A DNA stretch of 64,000 nt from Candidatus Palauibacter scopulicola (GCF_947581915.1 NZ_CANPWG010000038.1:89429-153428); one strand, 5' to 3'; shown: positions 11,223-21,457, counted from the first letter of the stretch. The notes: generated from the sequence alone by a model not told the origin. Translations and numbers: made by a program.

Positions 11223-11957
11223 ATGATTCCCACGGTTGCGGAGTGTCGACAGGCGTGGCTTCGGCCAGTGGTGGGCGCGGTCGCTCTCGCCGCGATGGCG
11301 GGGTGCGGGGGTGCCGGGACCGATCCCGGACCGGGCCCGGAGCCTCAACCGCCACCACCGCCGCCCCCGGTCGCGGCGACCACGGCGACGTACCGCGTGG
11401 TCTTCGATGCGACGTGGAGCGCGTCGACGCACCCGACGAACTTTCCGGGCGGGGCCCACTTCTCACCGCTCATCGGCGCCGTGCACAAGGCCGGTGTGAC
11501 CTTCTGGGCCCGGGACGGCATAGCCACGCCGGGGATCGAGAGCATGGCCGAAACGGGCGGCACCTCCACGCTCACCGCGGAGATCCAGGCCGAAATCCCG
11601 GGAGACGCGCTGGCGGTCGTCAACGGCTCCGGGATCCGCAGCCCCGGGAGCACGACGATTCAGGCGATCGCGCTGCGGGAGGAGTTTCCGCTCGTCACCC
11701 TCGTCACGATGATCGCCCCGAGCCCGGACTGGTTCGTGGGCGTGTCGGGACTCTCGCTACGGGACGACGAGGGAAACTGGATCGAGGAACTCGAGGTCGT
11801 CCTCTATCCCTACGACGCGGGGACGGACAGCGGCCCGGTGTACACTTCCGCCAACGACGACACCCAGCCGAAGGAACCGATCCGCAGTCTGCGGGGCGAG
11901 AGCCCCTTCTCGGACGAGCCCATCGGCACCTTCACCTTCACGCGCACGGACGGCTAA
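11223..11957 (+). CDS. Spondin_N domain lipoprotein
   Basis: Lipobox (AMAGCGG) and Pro-rich linker. Spondin-N-like core (YRVVFDATWSASTHP...FSPLIGAVH...DWFVGVSGL). Confidence 0.5.
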   Translation: MIPTVAECRQAWLRPVVGAVALAAMAGCGGAGTDPGPGPEPQPPPPPPPVAATTATYRVVFDATWSASTHPTNFPGGAHFSPLIGAVHKAGVTFWARDGIATPGIESMAETGGTSTLTAEIQAEIPGDALAVVNGSGIRSPGSTTIQAIALREEFPLVTLVTMIAPSPDWFVGVSGLSLRDDEGNWIEELEVVLYPYDAGTDSGPVYTSANDDTQPKEPIRSLRGESPFSDEPIGTFTFTRTDG

Positions 11958-11980
11958 CGCCGTCGCCCCTCACGAGAGAC

Positions 11981-12367
11981 TCAGACGACGTCGTCGAGGA
12001 GGAAGAGGTCGGTGAGGAGTGCCCTCAGGTGGGACGAGGCGTTGAGGTTGTCGATCAACTGCGAACTGATCGTCTCCTGGGTGAGGACGATCCGGACCGC
12101 CGCCCCGGCCCGCGCGGCATCGGCCGAAGTCACGTCGATCATCTCGCCGTAGGCGCCCGCCGGTTCCAGCCCCTCCGCCGCCACCAGGCCGCCGAGGTCG
12201 TCCGCCAGCGCCCGGAGCGCGGCATCCGCCCGGCTCAGGTACTCCCGCAACTGGCCGCCGACCTTCGAGGCTTCCTCACGCTCGGCGCCGAGCGCGGCGT
12301 AGGAGAGGAAGAACTCGTACGCCTTTTCGAGCACCTCGATGTGAGCCTTCAGCTCCTCGCGGCTCAA
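11981..12367 (-). CDS. Hypothetical protein, last gene of the molybdoenzyme operon
   Basis: 128-aa ORF overlapping the cytochrome b gene by 4 nt (operon coupling). No recognisable domain. Confidence 0.4.
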   Translation of the reverse strand: MSREELKAHIEVLEKAYEFFLSYAALGAEREEASKVGGQLREYLSRADAALRALADDLGGLVAAEGLEPAGAYGEMIDVTSADAARAGAAVRIVLTQETISSQLIDNLNASSHLRALLTDLFLLDDVV

Positions 12368-13239
12368 GCGGGCACGACCCCGTCGGCGTCCGCGGACGAC
12401 GCGCTCCCCCCCGCCATCTCGGCCCCGGCCGGCTCCGTCCCCAGCTTCCAGAGGTCGGGATCATAGTGCTCGAGGTACTCCTCGCGCGTGATCCAGCCCT
12501 TGATCATGGAGCGGGTCATCCAGCGCTTCTCGGGCCGGATGGCGAAGTAGACGTGGGCGATGACCATCGTGACGAGCCCGACGCCGCACAGCCCGTGCAG
12601 GACGAACACGAGCCCCCACGTGGAGTCGGAGAGGAAATACGGATTGCTCGCCCAGAACCAGGTGTCGACCCCGAACATCATGAGGATTCCCGTGACGATG
12701 ACCCCGAGCGAGACGAGCGTCACGGCGTTGTGGTAGGCCCGCTGGTCGAGCGGGTATTTTCCGGACCGCTCCTCCTTGGCCGGCTGGCGGCGCAGGAACT
12801 TCCCGGCCGCCTGGAACGCCTGTCCGATCTCCTTCGCCCCGGTCCACACGGACCAGAAATCCTGCTTCGTCGAGGCGTGGATGATGTGCCAGATGATGAG
12901 GAGCGTCAGGACGATCCCCGCGATCCAGTGAATCGTGACCCAGGCGAACTGGACGCCGATCACGGGGAAGAACGCCGTGACCAGCAGCGTGAGCATCGTC
13001 GCCGCCATGAGCCAGTGGAAGGTCCGGGACGCCTGTGAGTGGCGCTCGACCCGCTCGGGCACGTCGGGCGCCGCCTCCGGCGCGGTCTTCGGAGCCTTGG
13101 GCGCCATGATCCAGACGTACAGATGGTGCCCGACCACGAACAGGAAACCGGCGATGGCGGCGGCCCAGAGCAGATCCCAGGCGACGCCGACGAGTACCTC
13201 CTGGCCCCAGGGATTCGGCGCCGTTCTGAGGATCTCCAT
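12364..13239 (-). CDS. b-type di-heme cytochrome membrane subunit (FdnI / Ni-Fe-hydrogenase cytochrome b family)
   Basis: About 4-5 TM helices with conserved His pairs (HHLYVW, FHWLMA, HWIAG...WHIIH, LHGLCG...AHVYF). Confidence 0.65.
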   Translation of the reverse strand: MEILRTAPNPWGQEVLVGVAWDLLWAAAIAGFLFVVGHHLYVWIMAPKAPKTAPEAAPDVPERVERHSQASRTFHWLMAATMLTLLVTAFFPVIGVQFAWVTIHWIAGIVLTLLIIWHIIHASTKQDFWSVWTGAKEIGQAFQAAGKFLRRQPAKEERSGKYPLDQRAYHNAVTLVSLGVIVTGILMMFGVDTWFWASNPYFLSDSTWGLVFVLHGLCGVGLVTMVIAHVYFAIRPEKRWMTRSMIKGWITREEYLEHYDPDLWKLGTEPAGAEMAGGSASSADADGVVPA

Positions 13240-14238
13240 TTAGGCCATGTCTCCTCGCACCGCGCGCCGGACGAGATTCCGCGCGAGCGGCACCTTGTAG
13301 TCGTTGTGGCGCAGCGGCTTGAAGCCGCGCGTAGCGAGTTCGCCGGCCGCCATGCCGGTGTCGTCGTTCGCCGGCATGCCCTGGATGAGGTCCTCGACGT
13401 CGGTCAGCCGCACCGGCGTCGGGGCCACGCCGTTGAGCGCGATCCGGGCGCGCTCGATCGTGCCGTTCGACTCGACGATCGCGGCGGCCACGCTGGCCAG
13501 CGCCCAGTCCCACGACTTCCGGTCGCGGACCTTCTCCCAGTAGAAGCGCGCGTCCGCCCAGTCGCCGGGGATGCGCACGTGCGTCAGGAGATCTCCCGGT
13601 TCCAGCACGGTCATACGCTCGATGTCGATCTCCGGGCCGACGAAGAAGTCCTCGGCCTCGTAGACGCGCTCGCCGCCTTGGCTCCGCACCATCATCTGCG
13701 CGCCGAGCGCGACCAGCGCCCCGGCCGTGTCGGCCCCGTTCACCGCCACGCAGCGGCTCTGTCCGGTCACGGCGTGCTCGCGGTTCATGGAGCGGGGCGT
13801 CCCCGCGTAGCAGATGTTTCCGCCCGCGCGGTAGCACGGCCACCCGCCACGGTAGTACCAGCAGCGCGTGTCCTGGATGAGGTTGCCGCCCAGCGTCCCC
13901 TGGTTGCGGATCTGCGGCGTCGCCACCTCGACGGCGGCGTCGGCGAGGAGTCCGAAGCGGGACCGCACGTCCTCGCTCGCCGCCACGTCGCGCAGCGAAG
14001 TCATGGCGCCGATCTCAAGCCCGTCCCCGCTCGCGCGGATTCCGGTCAGCTCGCTCACGGAGCCCAGCTCGACGACGACGTCGGGCCGCTTGATGCGGTC
14101 CTTGAACCAGTCCATCGAGTCGAGGCCGCCGGCCAGAACCCAGGTGTTGTCGTGGCGCTCGAGCACGTCCAGCGCCTCGTCCACGCTCGTCGGCTGGAAG
14201 AGCTCGAACGCGGGCATCATGTCGCGAATCACGGCCAT
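13240..14238 (-). CDS. FAD-binding subunit of xanthine dehydrogenase / aldehyde oxidoreductase family (CoxM/PaoB-like)
   Basis: FAD-binding motifs VLAGGLDSMDW, GTLGGNL. 332 aa. Confidence 0.8.
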   Translation of the reverse strand: MAVIRDMMPAFELFQPTSVDEALDVLERHDNTWVLAGGLDSMDWFKDRIKRPDVVVELGSVSELTGIRASGDGLEIGAMTSLRDVAASEDVRSRFGLLADAAVEVATPQIRNQGTLGGNLIQDTRCWYYRGGWPCYRAGGNICYAGTPRSMNREHAVTGQSRCVAVNGADTAGALVALGAQMMVRSQGGERVYEAEDFFVGPEIDIERMTVLEPGDLLTHVRIPGDWADARFYWEKVRDRKSWDWALASVAAAIVESNGTIERARIALNGVAPTPVRLTDVEDLIQGMPANDDTGMAAGELATRGFKPLRHNDYKVPLARNLVRRAVRGDMA

Positions 14239-14251
14239 CGTCCTATCTCCC

Positions 14252-16693
14252 CTAGCTGTGGATCTCGGTGAGTGCGTGCGGCTGCGCCCGGCCCTCGAGC
14301 TCGGCCAGGATCACGTCCGTCGTCAGCGGGATCCGGCACAGGCAGCGCCCGCCGAGCGCGTCCGCGATCGCGGAGGTGACCGCCGCGGATCCGGCTCCGA
14401 CCGGGGGCTCCCCGATTCCCTTGGCGCCGATCGGCGTCTGCGGGTCCGGCTCGCCCGCCGCCGCCCAGTCCATGCTGAGCGGCACGTCGAGGATGCCGGG
14501 AGGTCTCGCGGTATAGAGTCGGTGGGCGAACGGCACGCCCCACTTCGGGTCGTACACCCACTTCTGGCTGCGCGCCTGGCCGAAGCCCTGCACGCTGCCG
14601 CCGTGGATCTGCGCCGCGAGGCTGCGCGGGTGCACGACGACCCCGCAGTCGGCGGAGCCCGTGTAGTCGACGAGTACCACGTCGCCGGTCTCGGTATCGA
14701 GTTCGACGACCGCGAAGCCCACGACCCACGACCACGTCGAGCCCTCGTGCGAGAAGTTGTCCCGCGCGACGCCCATCAGGCCCTGGCCCGCCAGCTGAGT
14801 GGCGGACCCCCGGGTGTAGTCGTTGATGTCCTCCGGCAACTCCTGGCCGGAGTACTCGCCGCCCATGGCGATGGCGCGCTCCGCGGCCTGCGCGAAGCTC
14901 ATCGAGCCTCCCGGTCCGGTCACGCGGGCGCCCTCGACCCGGTAGCCGCTCGCCGCGCCGCCCAGCGCGGCGGCCGCGACCTCCTGCAGCTTCCGCTTCA
15001 TGTCGAGTGCGGCGGCGTAGTTGGCGCGCGTGTGCGCGTGGATCGTCTGGCTCCCCGCCTGCACCGAGCTGTACGGGTGGTGCTGCGAGCTGTCGCCCCA
15101 GATGACCGCGCAGTCGTCCCACTCGAGGCCGAGTTCATCCGCCGCGGCCCGGGCCGTGTCCGCCATCGAGTGCGTACCGAGGTTCCCGATCCCCTGGTGG
15201 ATGTAGAGCTTCCCGTCCGGGCGGATGAGGAGGAGCCCGTCGAACCCCGACGAACCGCCGACGTACGGGCTCAGCCCGACCCCGACCCCCGTGACCTTCG
15301 TCCCGTTCCGCTGTCCGCTGAGCGCCTGCTTGCCAGCCCAGTCGAACTGTTCCGCGCCCACGTCGATCGCCTCGCGCACGAAGGCGCTCGTCGTCGTGGC
15401 CCGCCCCGGCCCGAACTCCGAGTCGTGCGTGGGGGCGTTGATCTTCCGGATATCCACCCGGTCGATCCCAAGTTCGCGCGCCGCCTTGTCGACGAGCGGC
15501 TCCAGCATGGCGACGATCTGCGCGCCGCCCGGCGCCCGCTGCGCCGCCCGCGGCGGCGTGTTCGTGTAGAGCGTGAGGCCGCGGAAGCGCATCGCGTCGG
15601 GCTGGTACATGAGGTCCGTCACCGCGCCCGCGGTGTTGTAGTCGCCCGACCGTCCGTACGGCCCGTGGTCCTGGATGATGTAGAGGTCGATCCCCGTGAT
15701 CTTCCCGTCGCTGCGGAAGCCCATCTTCGTCCAGGCCTGGAAGCCGGGACGCGCACGCCCGATGTAGTTCTCCTCGTAACGGTTGATCCGCATCATCACC
15801 GGTCGCTGGATCTTCCTCGCGAGGAGCGCGGTGACCTGGTAGATCGTGGCGCCGGCGATCTTGGAGCCGAAGCCGCCGCCGCAGTACTGGCCCACGAATA
15901 CGACGTCCTCCGGCTCGAGGCCCAGCTGCCCCGCCAGCGCCTGGTGGGTGCGCTGGGTGCTCTGCGTGGATCCGTACAGGTAGCAGCGCCCGTCCTCCCA
16001 GTACGCCATGGAGCTGCGCGGCTCCATCGGGTGGTGGGTGAGCGACTGGTGCACGATGGTGTCCTCGAGCACGTAGTCCGCGTCGGCGAACGCCGCGTCG
16101 AGGTCTCCGTGCGACCACTCGTCCGTCGGATCGCCCATCGGCAGCCGATTCTCGGCCTCCGCCGCGTCGAACTCCGCCTGCGGCCACTTCAGGGACACCC
16201 ATTCCGGCCCGTCCTCGCCGAAGCGTCTGACGTTGCCTTCAACCCGGGCGTCCGGTCCGCCTGGCCGCAGGCTGTCGAGCGGGTCGATCGCGAACGGGAG
16301 CGGCTCGAGGTCGATGTCGATCAGCTCGATGGCGTCCGCCGCCGTCGTCTCGTCGACCGCCGCCAGCGCCAGGATGGGCTCGCCCACGTACTTCGGCTCA
16401 TCCGTGAGCGCGGCCTCGCCCGGTGCGTCGGGCTGGTTGACCTCGCTCGCCCGCAGGATCCCGAGCACGCCGGGCATGGCGAGCGCGCGGCTCGCGTCCA
16501 GGCTGCGCACGCGGGCGTGCGGCATGGGGCTGAGGAGGAGCTTCGCGAAGACCATGCCTTCGGCCCTGAAGTCCTCCGCGTACCTGGCTCGTCCCGTGAC
16601 TTTCGCGCGCAGATCCGGCGGCGAAATGTCCTGTCCGATTAGCGCCATGATCGTCCTCCCCTCACACCATGCGCCGCGCGTACTCGGCGGCAC
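14252..16693 (-). CDS. Molybdopterin-binding large subunit, xanthine dehydrogenase family (PaoC/CoxL-like)
   Basis: 813 aa with XDH-family aldehyde-oxidase a/b hammerhead and Moco-binding regions (GGGFG, AGEPP). Confidence 0.85.
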   Translation of the reverse strand: MPPSTRGAWCEGRTIMALIGQDISPPDLRAKVTGRARYAEDFRAEGMVFAKLLLSPMPHARVRSLDASRALAMPGVLGILRASEVNQPDAPGEAALTDEPKYVGEPILALAAVDETTAADAIELIDIDLEPLPFAIDPLDSLRPGGPDARVEGNVRRFGEDGPEWVSLKWPQAEFDAAEAENRLPMGDPTDEWSHGDLDAAFADADYVLEDTIVHQSLTHHPMEPRSSMAYWEDGRCYLYGSTQSTQRTHQALAGQLGLEPEDVVFVGQYCGGGFGSKIAGATIYQVTALLARKIQRPVMMRINRYEENYIGRARPGFQAWTKMGFRSDGKITGIDLYIIQDHGPYGRSGDYNTAGAVTDLMYQPDAMRFRGLTLYTNTPPRAAQRAPGGAQIVAMLEPLVDKAARELGIDRVDIRKINAPTHDSEFGPGRATTTSAFVREAIDVGAEQFDWAGKQALSGQRNGTKVTGVGVGLSPYVGGSSGFDGLLLIRPDGKLYIHQGIGNLGTHSMADTARAAADELGLEWDDCAVIWGDSSQHHPYSSVQAGSQTIHAHTRANYAAALDMKRKLQEVAAAALGGAASGYRVEGARVTGPGGSMSFAQAAERAIAMGGEYSGQELPEDINDYTRGSATQLAGQGLMGVARDNFSHEGSTWSWVVGFAVVELDTETGDVVLVDYTGSADCGVVVHPRSLAAQIHGGSVQGFGQARSQKWVYDPKWGVPFAHRLYTARPPGILDVPLSMDWAAAGEPDPQTPIGAKGIGEPPVGAGSAAVTSAIADALGGRCLCRIPLTTDVILAELEGRAQPHALTEIHS

Positions 16694-17294
16694 GCATGGC
16701 GGAGTTCAGGATTTTGTTGTAGTCCCCGCAGCGGCAGAGGTTGCCGGAGAGGGCCTCGGCCGCCTCCTCGCGCGTGGGCTCCGGATTCTCGTTCGTGAGC
16801 GCGACCATGCTCATGATGAAGCCGGGCGCGCAGAAGGCGCACTGGAAGCCGCCCTCGTCGATCACCGCCTGCTGCACCGGGTGCAGCGTGCCGTCCGCGC
16901 TCTCGAGCCCCTCGATCGACGTCACCGACCGGTCGCGCACCGCGTTCGTCAGCATCGAGCACGCGTAGTGCGAGACCCCGTCGATGAGCACCGTGCAGGC
17001 GCCGCACTCCGCGCGGTCGCACCCGAGCTTCGTGCCTGTGAGCCCCAGCTTGTAGCGGAGCGTCATGGCCAGCGTCTCCTGCGGCATGACATCGACCGAA
17101 CGCGACACCCCGTTCACGTTCAGCGAGATCATGCGGGGCATCGACGCCCGCACGGCCGCGCTGGCCGACAGGCTCCGGGCCCGGAAGAGGTGGCTGGAGG
17201 AGGAGACCACCGCGCCGGTCGCGATGACCCCCTTGATGAACGTCCTGCGGGAATGACCGGTTGGGGTCTCGGTCGTGATCTCGGCGTCACTCAT
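16662..17294 (-). CDS. (2Fe-2S)-binding small subunit with Tat signal (PaoA-like)
   Basis: Tat motif SRRTFIKG. Two 2Fe-2S cysteine clusters (CDRAECGACTV; CAFCAPG...CRCGDY). Confidence 0.85.
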   Translation of the reverse strand: MSDAEITTETPTGHSRRTFIKGVIATGAVVSSSSHLFRARSLSASAAVRASMPRMISLNVNGVSRSVDVMPQETLAMTLRYKLGLTGTKLGCDRAECGACTVLIDGVSHYACSMLTNAVRDRSVTSIEGLESADGTLHPVQQAVIDEGGFQCAFCAPGFIMSMVALTNENPEPTREEAAEALSGNLCRCGDYNKILNSAMRAAEYARRMV

Positions 17295-17437
17295 GTGCGA
17301 ACCTCAAGCGGGAGACCTTCTTGCGCGTTTGCGTCGCGCTCACCGCGTTCCCGCGGGAGACGCAACGATCCACGGTGAATCCTTACATCGCCCGCCCCGG
17401 GAAACAAGACTGCCGGCCACGCTCCCGGCGGGGGTTG

Positions 17438-19555
17438 TTACAGGATCCTGAGGAATCGGGGGTCCACGGAGAGGAGGACGATCCAGTCCTCTCCGCGCAT
17501 GACGTCGAGGCGCAGGATGTCGTAGAAAAGGCCCGCGCCGAGGCCGGCCGAGGCCCGCAGCCCCTCGCTTCCGCCCACGCCGAAGCGGCGGGCGGCGCTC
17601 TCGCCGGCGCGGCCGATGTCAGCCCGGCCGACGGCACCGATGGCGCGCAACCGCAGCCAGGGGGACGCGATCGCGCGCGACACCTCGGCACGCCACAGCG
17701 CCATGCGGTCCCCGCCCCAGCCGCGAAACTCGTAGCCGGGCAGCGAACCGCGCCCCCCGAGCAGGAAGAGGCGCTGGGCCGGCAGCGTGCCGCCCGCGGC
17801 CCCGAACTCGATCCCGCTCGCCCAGGTCCACGCGCCACCGGGATACCCCCGGGCCCGCAGCGCGGCCGTGGCGCGCGTGTAGCCGAAGTCCCCGATGCCA
17901 GGCGCCGCTGCTTCTCCCGCGAGTTCCAGCGTCCACCGCGTCCCCGGCCCGCCCTGGAGCTCCACAGTCAGTCCGGCATCGACCCGGGCCAGCTCCCCGT
18001 CGTCGACCGGGCGCACGGGGCGAAGCGGCCGGTCTCCGAACGGCGCGGTCCCGACGACCAGTCCGGCGCTCCGGTGACGCTCGAAGGAAGCGCCGACCTG
18101 CCAGCGCACGGGACCCTCGCGGCGCGCGATCCCGATCCGTCCGCCGGTCGTGAGGTAGGGGTCCTCGTAGTCCTCTCCCCCGGCGAGGAGGGCAAGCGTC
18201 CGCAACGCCCCGACGCCAGCCGGCGGCCCCACATCGCGGTGAGCCCGCAGCCAGCCGTCGACCTCCACCTCGACCGCCCCCACCCGTCGGCGCAGCCCAA
18301 GGCTCGCCTGGGGCCGCGCCTCCCCGATCGCATGGCCGCCCCCGAACGACACCCGCGTGAGGTCGTTCGGCCGGTAGGTGCCTCCCGCCCCGACGAACAG
18401 GCCCTCGGAACGCCGCGCCCGGATCCCCCCGGAGGCGTTCGGAAGCGCCAACTGCCAGCGTCGCCCCCCGAGCAGGGTCCGCCGCAGCAGGAGTCCGCGT
18501 GCGTCCGCGACGGCCGCCCCCAGATCGCCGTCGGCGCTTCCTCCCTCGAGCGGTCCCGCAAACAGCGGGTCTTCCCATGCGTCGAAGCGGGCCAGCTCCT
18601 CGTCCCGATAGCTGTAGATGAGGTCTCCCGGCCCGAGCCCGAAGAGCGCCTCCTCGCCAAAGTCGTAGTCGAGGACGCGGAGGCGGGTCCGGACGAGCGT
18701 CTCGAGCGGGAAGTCGAACCACGGAAGGGAGCGCACGATCTCGAGTTCCTGCTCGTCGGGCAGCCAGTAGCGGCCCTCCTGCAGGGCCGAGCGCAGGTCG
18801 ACGACGAGCCGCACGATCTGCGGGTCGCGATAGGCGGCGGGGGTGAACGTGACCCGCATCCGCGCGATGGCCCCCGTCTCCCGCTCGACGAAGAGCGACC
18901 CCACGGCGCCCGCGTCCGTCCCGTCCAGCGGACGGACCTCGAGTTCGAAGACCCGCGCCGTTCGGTCGCGGACCCGGATCTCGAGCGAGTCCGCGAGCCG
19001 GTATTCGTAGAACTCGCGCGCGCCGGCCGCCGCGGGATGAAGCACGTCACGGATCTCCTGGCCGTGGCCGTCTCCGATCCGGATCCGGTCCCCGAAGTTG
19101 TCGAGGACGAGAAAGAGGTGGTCGAGGTGATAGTGGATGGTGGTGGGCAGCCGGAGTTCGTGCCGGCGCCCGACGATCGTCTGCATCGAGCGGTCCGGGC
19201 GCTGCCAGCGCACATCCACCGCGACCTGGTCCGCCCGGATGACGTGCCGCTCCCCGAGGATGTCGCCGAGGTAGTACACGTGCCCCTGCACGTCGGCCCG
19301 AAATCGTTCGAGGGAGCTGTCGGCCCAGGCGTACCGCCGCGCATCGATCGCGTGCCCGATGAGCAGAAGCGCCGCTTCGGAGTTCCAGCCATCCGAGCCC
19401 CCGGCCCGCGGAGCCTCGGCCGGCGCTGCCGGGATCTCCTGGGCTCCGGCGCCGGAGGCGAAACAGAGCACGGCCAGGGCGACCGCCGCCGCGGTGGCCA
19501 CCGTGGAGGCGGCCACGCGCCTCCCGTCAGCCGAAGAGGTCCTCCTGGCCGTCAT
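17438..19555 (-). CDS. Hypothetical secreted / outer-membrane protein with signal peptide
   Basis: 705 aa. N-terminal signal peptide (AVALAVLCFASGAGAQE). Gly-rich C-terminal half that could form a beta-barrel. No confident family assignment. Confidence 0.5.
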   Translation of the reverse strand: MTARRTSSADGRRVAASTVATAAAVALAVLCFASGAGAQEIPAAPAEAPRAGGSDGWNSEAALLLIGHAIDARRYAWADSSLERFRADVQGHVYYLGDILGERHVIRADQVAVDVRWQRPDRSMQTIVGRRHELRLPTTIHYHLDHLFLVLDNFGDRIRIGDGHGQEIRDVLHPAAAGAREFYEYRLADSLEIRVRDRTARVFELEVRPLDGTDAGAVGSLFVERETGAIARMRVTFTPAAYRDPQIVRLVVDLRSALQEGRYWLPDEQELEIVRSLPWFDFPLETLVRTRLRVLDYDFGEEALFGLGPGDLIYSYRDEELARFDAWEDPLFAGPLEGGSADGDLGAAVADARGLLLRRTLLGGRRWQLALPNASGGIRARRSEGLFVGAGGTYRPNDLTRVSFGGGHAIGEARPQASLGLRRRVGAVEVEVDGWLRAHRDVGPPAGVGALRTLALLAGGEDYEDPYLTTGGRIGIARREGPVRWQVGASFERHRSAGLVVGTAPFGDRPLRPVRPVDDGELARVDAGLTVELQGGPGTRWTLELAGEAAAPGIGDFGYTRATAALRARGYPGGAWTWASGIEFGAAGGTLPAQRLFLLGGRGSLPGYEFRGWGGDRMALWRAEVSRAIASPWLRLRAIGAVGRADIGRAGESAARRFGVGGSEGLRASAGLGAGLFYDILRLDVMRGEDWIVLLSVDPRFLRIL

Positions 19556-19889
19556 CGTCCGACTCCATGACCCGCCGCAGTCTGCCGGCCCAGTACTCGA
19601 CGTCGAAACCCTCTTCGTTCTTCAGCATCCGCTTGAGCACCGGCGACAGGTCGCGCAGCGCGCCCACGAGGTCCTCGGCGATGGAGCCGGCCTCGGCCAC
19701 CCGGGCCTCGTCCGGGAGCGACGCCATGTCCCGGAGGATCGAAGCTTCGGATCGCGAGGCCGTAACGGGTTCGGAACGGCTGGCGACGAAGACCTCCGTG
19801 CGCCGGCCGGGTCCACGATCTTCCTCGATCGGGAGCAGTCCGACGATCTGGTCGGAGCGCCAGTACTTCGCGTACCCGAGGTGCACCAT
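19527..19889 (-). CDS. Hypothetical protein, possibly DUF370-like
   Basis: MVHLGYAKYWRSDQIVGLLP resembles the DUF370 N-terminus (LINIGFGNxVxxxRIVAIVSP). Start assigned to the internal ATG at 19889. Confidence 0.35.
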   Translation of the reverse strand: MVHLGYAKYWRSDQIVGLLPIEEDRGPGRRTEVFVASRSEPVTASRSEASILRDMASLPDEARVAEAGSIAEDLVGALRDLSPVLKRMLKNEEGFDVEYWAGRLRRVMESDDDGQEDLFG

Positions 19890-20104
19890 CCGGTCGCGTT
19901 TGATCTCCACGCCGCCTCCGTTCCGCCTGCTCGTGCTCCCGTGGGAAAGCCCCTGCCGAAGCCCTGACGGGTCCAAGCTCGCGAACGTCCCGACCGCGCC
20001 GCAACACCGCCAGCACCTCCAACTGGCCGTATGCCGCGGGCCACATGCCGCCGCCCCGGTTGATTGGCCGTTGAACGCCGCGCGGATCATGTTCAGCGAC
20101 GCCC

Positions 20105-21457
20105 ATGGCCAGAATACGAACCATCCGTGATCCCCTGTGGGGGAACGTCCGCGTGGAGGGGGACGCGGCCGAGATTCTCGACGCGCCGCAGTTCCAGCGC
20201 CTGCGGCGGGTCAAGCAACTCGGCTTCGCGCACCTCGTGTATCCCGGCGGCGTGCACAACCGCTTCCTGCACGCCCTCGGCGTCTACCATCTCGTCTCGC
20301 GGGCCATCTCCCGTCTGGAGCGCGACGGACACCTCGAGGCGCTGGATGCGGAAGACATGGGCGAACTGCCGGTCGTCCGTCTCGGCGCGCTCCTCCACGA
20401 CGTGGGGCACTACGCCTTCTCGCACGCGGTGGAGGAACTCGGTCCGAGCGCGATCCCGGGAGACCACGAGGAGATCGCGGCGCGCTTCATGGCGGCGGAC
20501 CCCATCCGGCGCGTCCTCGAGCGGTACGGCCCGGATGCCCCGGCGCGCATCGGTGCCCTCATCCGCGGGAGGTCCGGCCACCCGCTGCAGGGACTGATCT
20601 CCGGATCGCTGGACCTCGACAAGATCGACTACCTCCGGCGCGACTCCCTCTTCTGCGGCGTGCCGTACGGGGCCGTGGACGTCGACCGCCTGCTCCCCGC
20701 GCTCACCGTCGCCCGGGAGGGAGAGGGACGCCGGCTCGAACTCGCGGTCAGCGAGAAGGGGCTCAGCGCGCTGGAGACGCTCCTCTTCTCCAAGTACCAG
20801 ATGTTCCGCAACGTCTACTGGCACCACGCCGTGCGCGCCGCGACGCTGACCTTCGTGCGCCTCGTGCAGACGGCGCTCGGCAGCGGACTGCTCGCGTCCG
20901 AGGACTTGGCGGGCCCCAGCGACGAGGAACTGCTCGCGCTCATCGGCCGGCGCATCGAACGATCGTCGGCGGGCGCGGGTTACGACGGCGCGTCCGCCGT
21001 CGGCCGGGCGGCGAAGCTGCTGCGGGCGCTCGTCGACCGGCGCCTTCCGAAGCGGCTCGTGGAGCTGACGGGCGATCAGCTTCCGGACGCGTTGTCGTCG
21101 TGGCCGTCGCGGCGCCCGGACCTCGTCGCCGCGCTCGAACGGCGCATGGCGCTCGAGTGGGGACTCGCCGAGGGCGCGGTCATGCTCGACTACCCGAGCT
21201 ACCCGGGCATGCTCGAGCTCAACCTGCTCCTCGTGCGGAACGACGGCGAAGTTCGCCGGCTGACGGCGCTGGGCGAGCGCGGCCTCATCGACATCCCGCG
21301 GCTCGGGCGTTCCCTGCACCACTCGGCGCGGGTTCTGCGCATCTTCTCCTTCGAACCTTCCGCTCCGCGCGATCCGAAGCCGGTGCTGGCGCTGATCGAA
21401 GCCGCGGAGGAGGAAGTGGAGGCGCGGCTCGGCTCGGGAGTGCCGCTCCTGGCCTGA
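20105..21457 (+). CDS. HD-domain dNTP triphosphohydrolase (dGTPase / SAMHD1 family)
   Basis: NRFLHALGVYHLV and LLHDVGHYAFSH match the dGTPase HD motifs. 450 aa. Confidence 0.75.
   Translation: MARIRTIRDPLWGNVRVEGDAAEILDAPQFQRLRRVKQLGFAHLVYPGGVHNRFLHALGVYHLVSRAISRLERDGHLEALDAEDMGELPVVRLGALLHDVGHYAFSHAVEELGPSAIPGDHEEIAARFMAADPIRRVLERYGPDAPARIGALIRGRSGHPLQGLISGSLDLDKIDYLRRDSLFCGVPYGAVDVDRLLPALTVAREGEGRRLELAVSEKGLSALETLLFSKYQMFRNVYWHHAVRAATLTFVRLVQTALGSGLLASEDLAGPSDEELLALIGRRIERSSAGAGYDGASAVGRAAKLLRALVDRRLPKRLVELTGDQLPDALSSWPSRRPDLVAALERRMALEWGLAEGAVMLDYPSYPGMLELNLLLVRNDGEVRRLTALGERGLIDIPRLGRSLHHSARVLRIFSFEPSAPRDPKPVLALIEAAEEEVEARLGSGVPLLA

Noticed and set aside
8486-11233. 915-aa minus-strand ORF spanning the serine hydrolase and epimerase genes. 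Similar very long ORFs occur at 3159-5198 (-), 17321-19570 (+), 20093-22537 (-), 29760-31982 (+), 35980-38031 (-), 43754-46786 (+), 44769-47150 (-), 49956-52247 (-) and 60126-62384 (-).
   Set aside because: These are antisense or out-of-frame to genes with clear homology and motifs. Their translations are Arg/Gly/Pro-rich low-complexity sequence, as expected when stop codons are rare in roughly 70% GC DNA. They are shadow ORFs.
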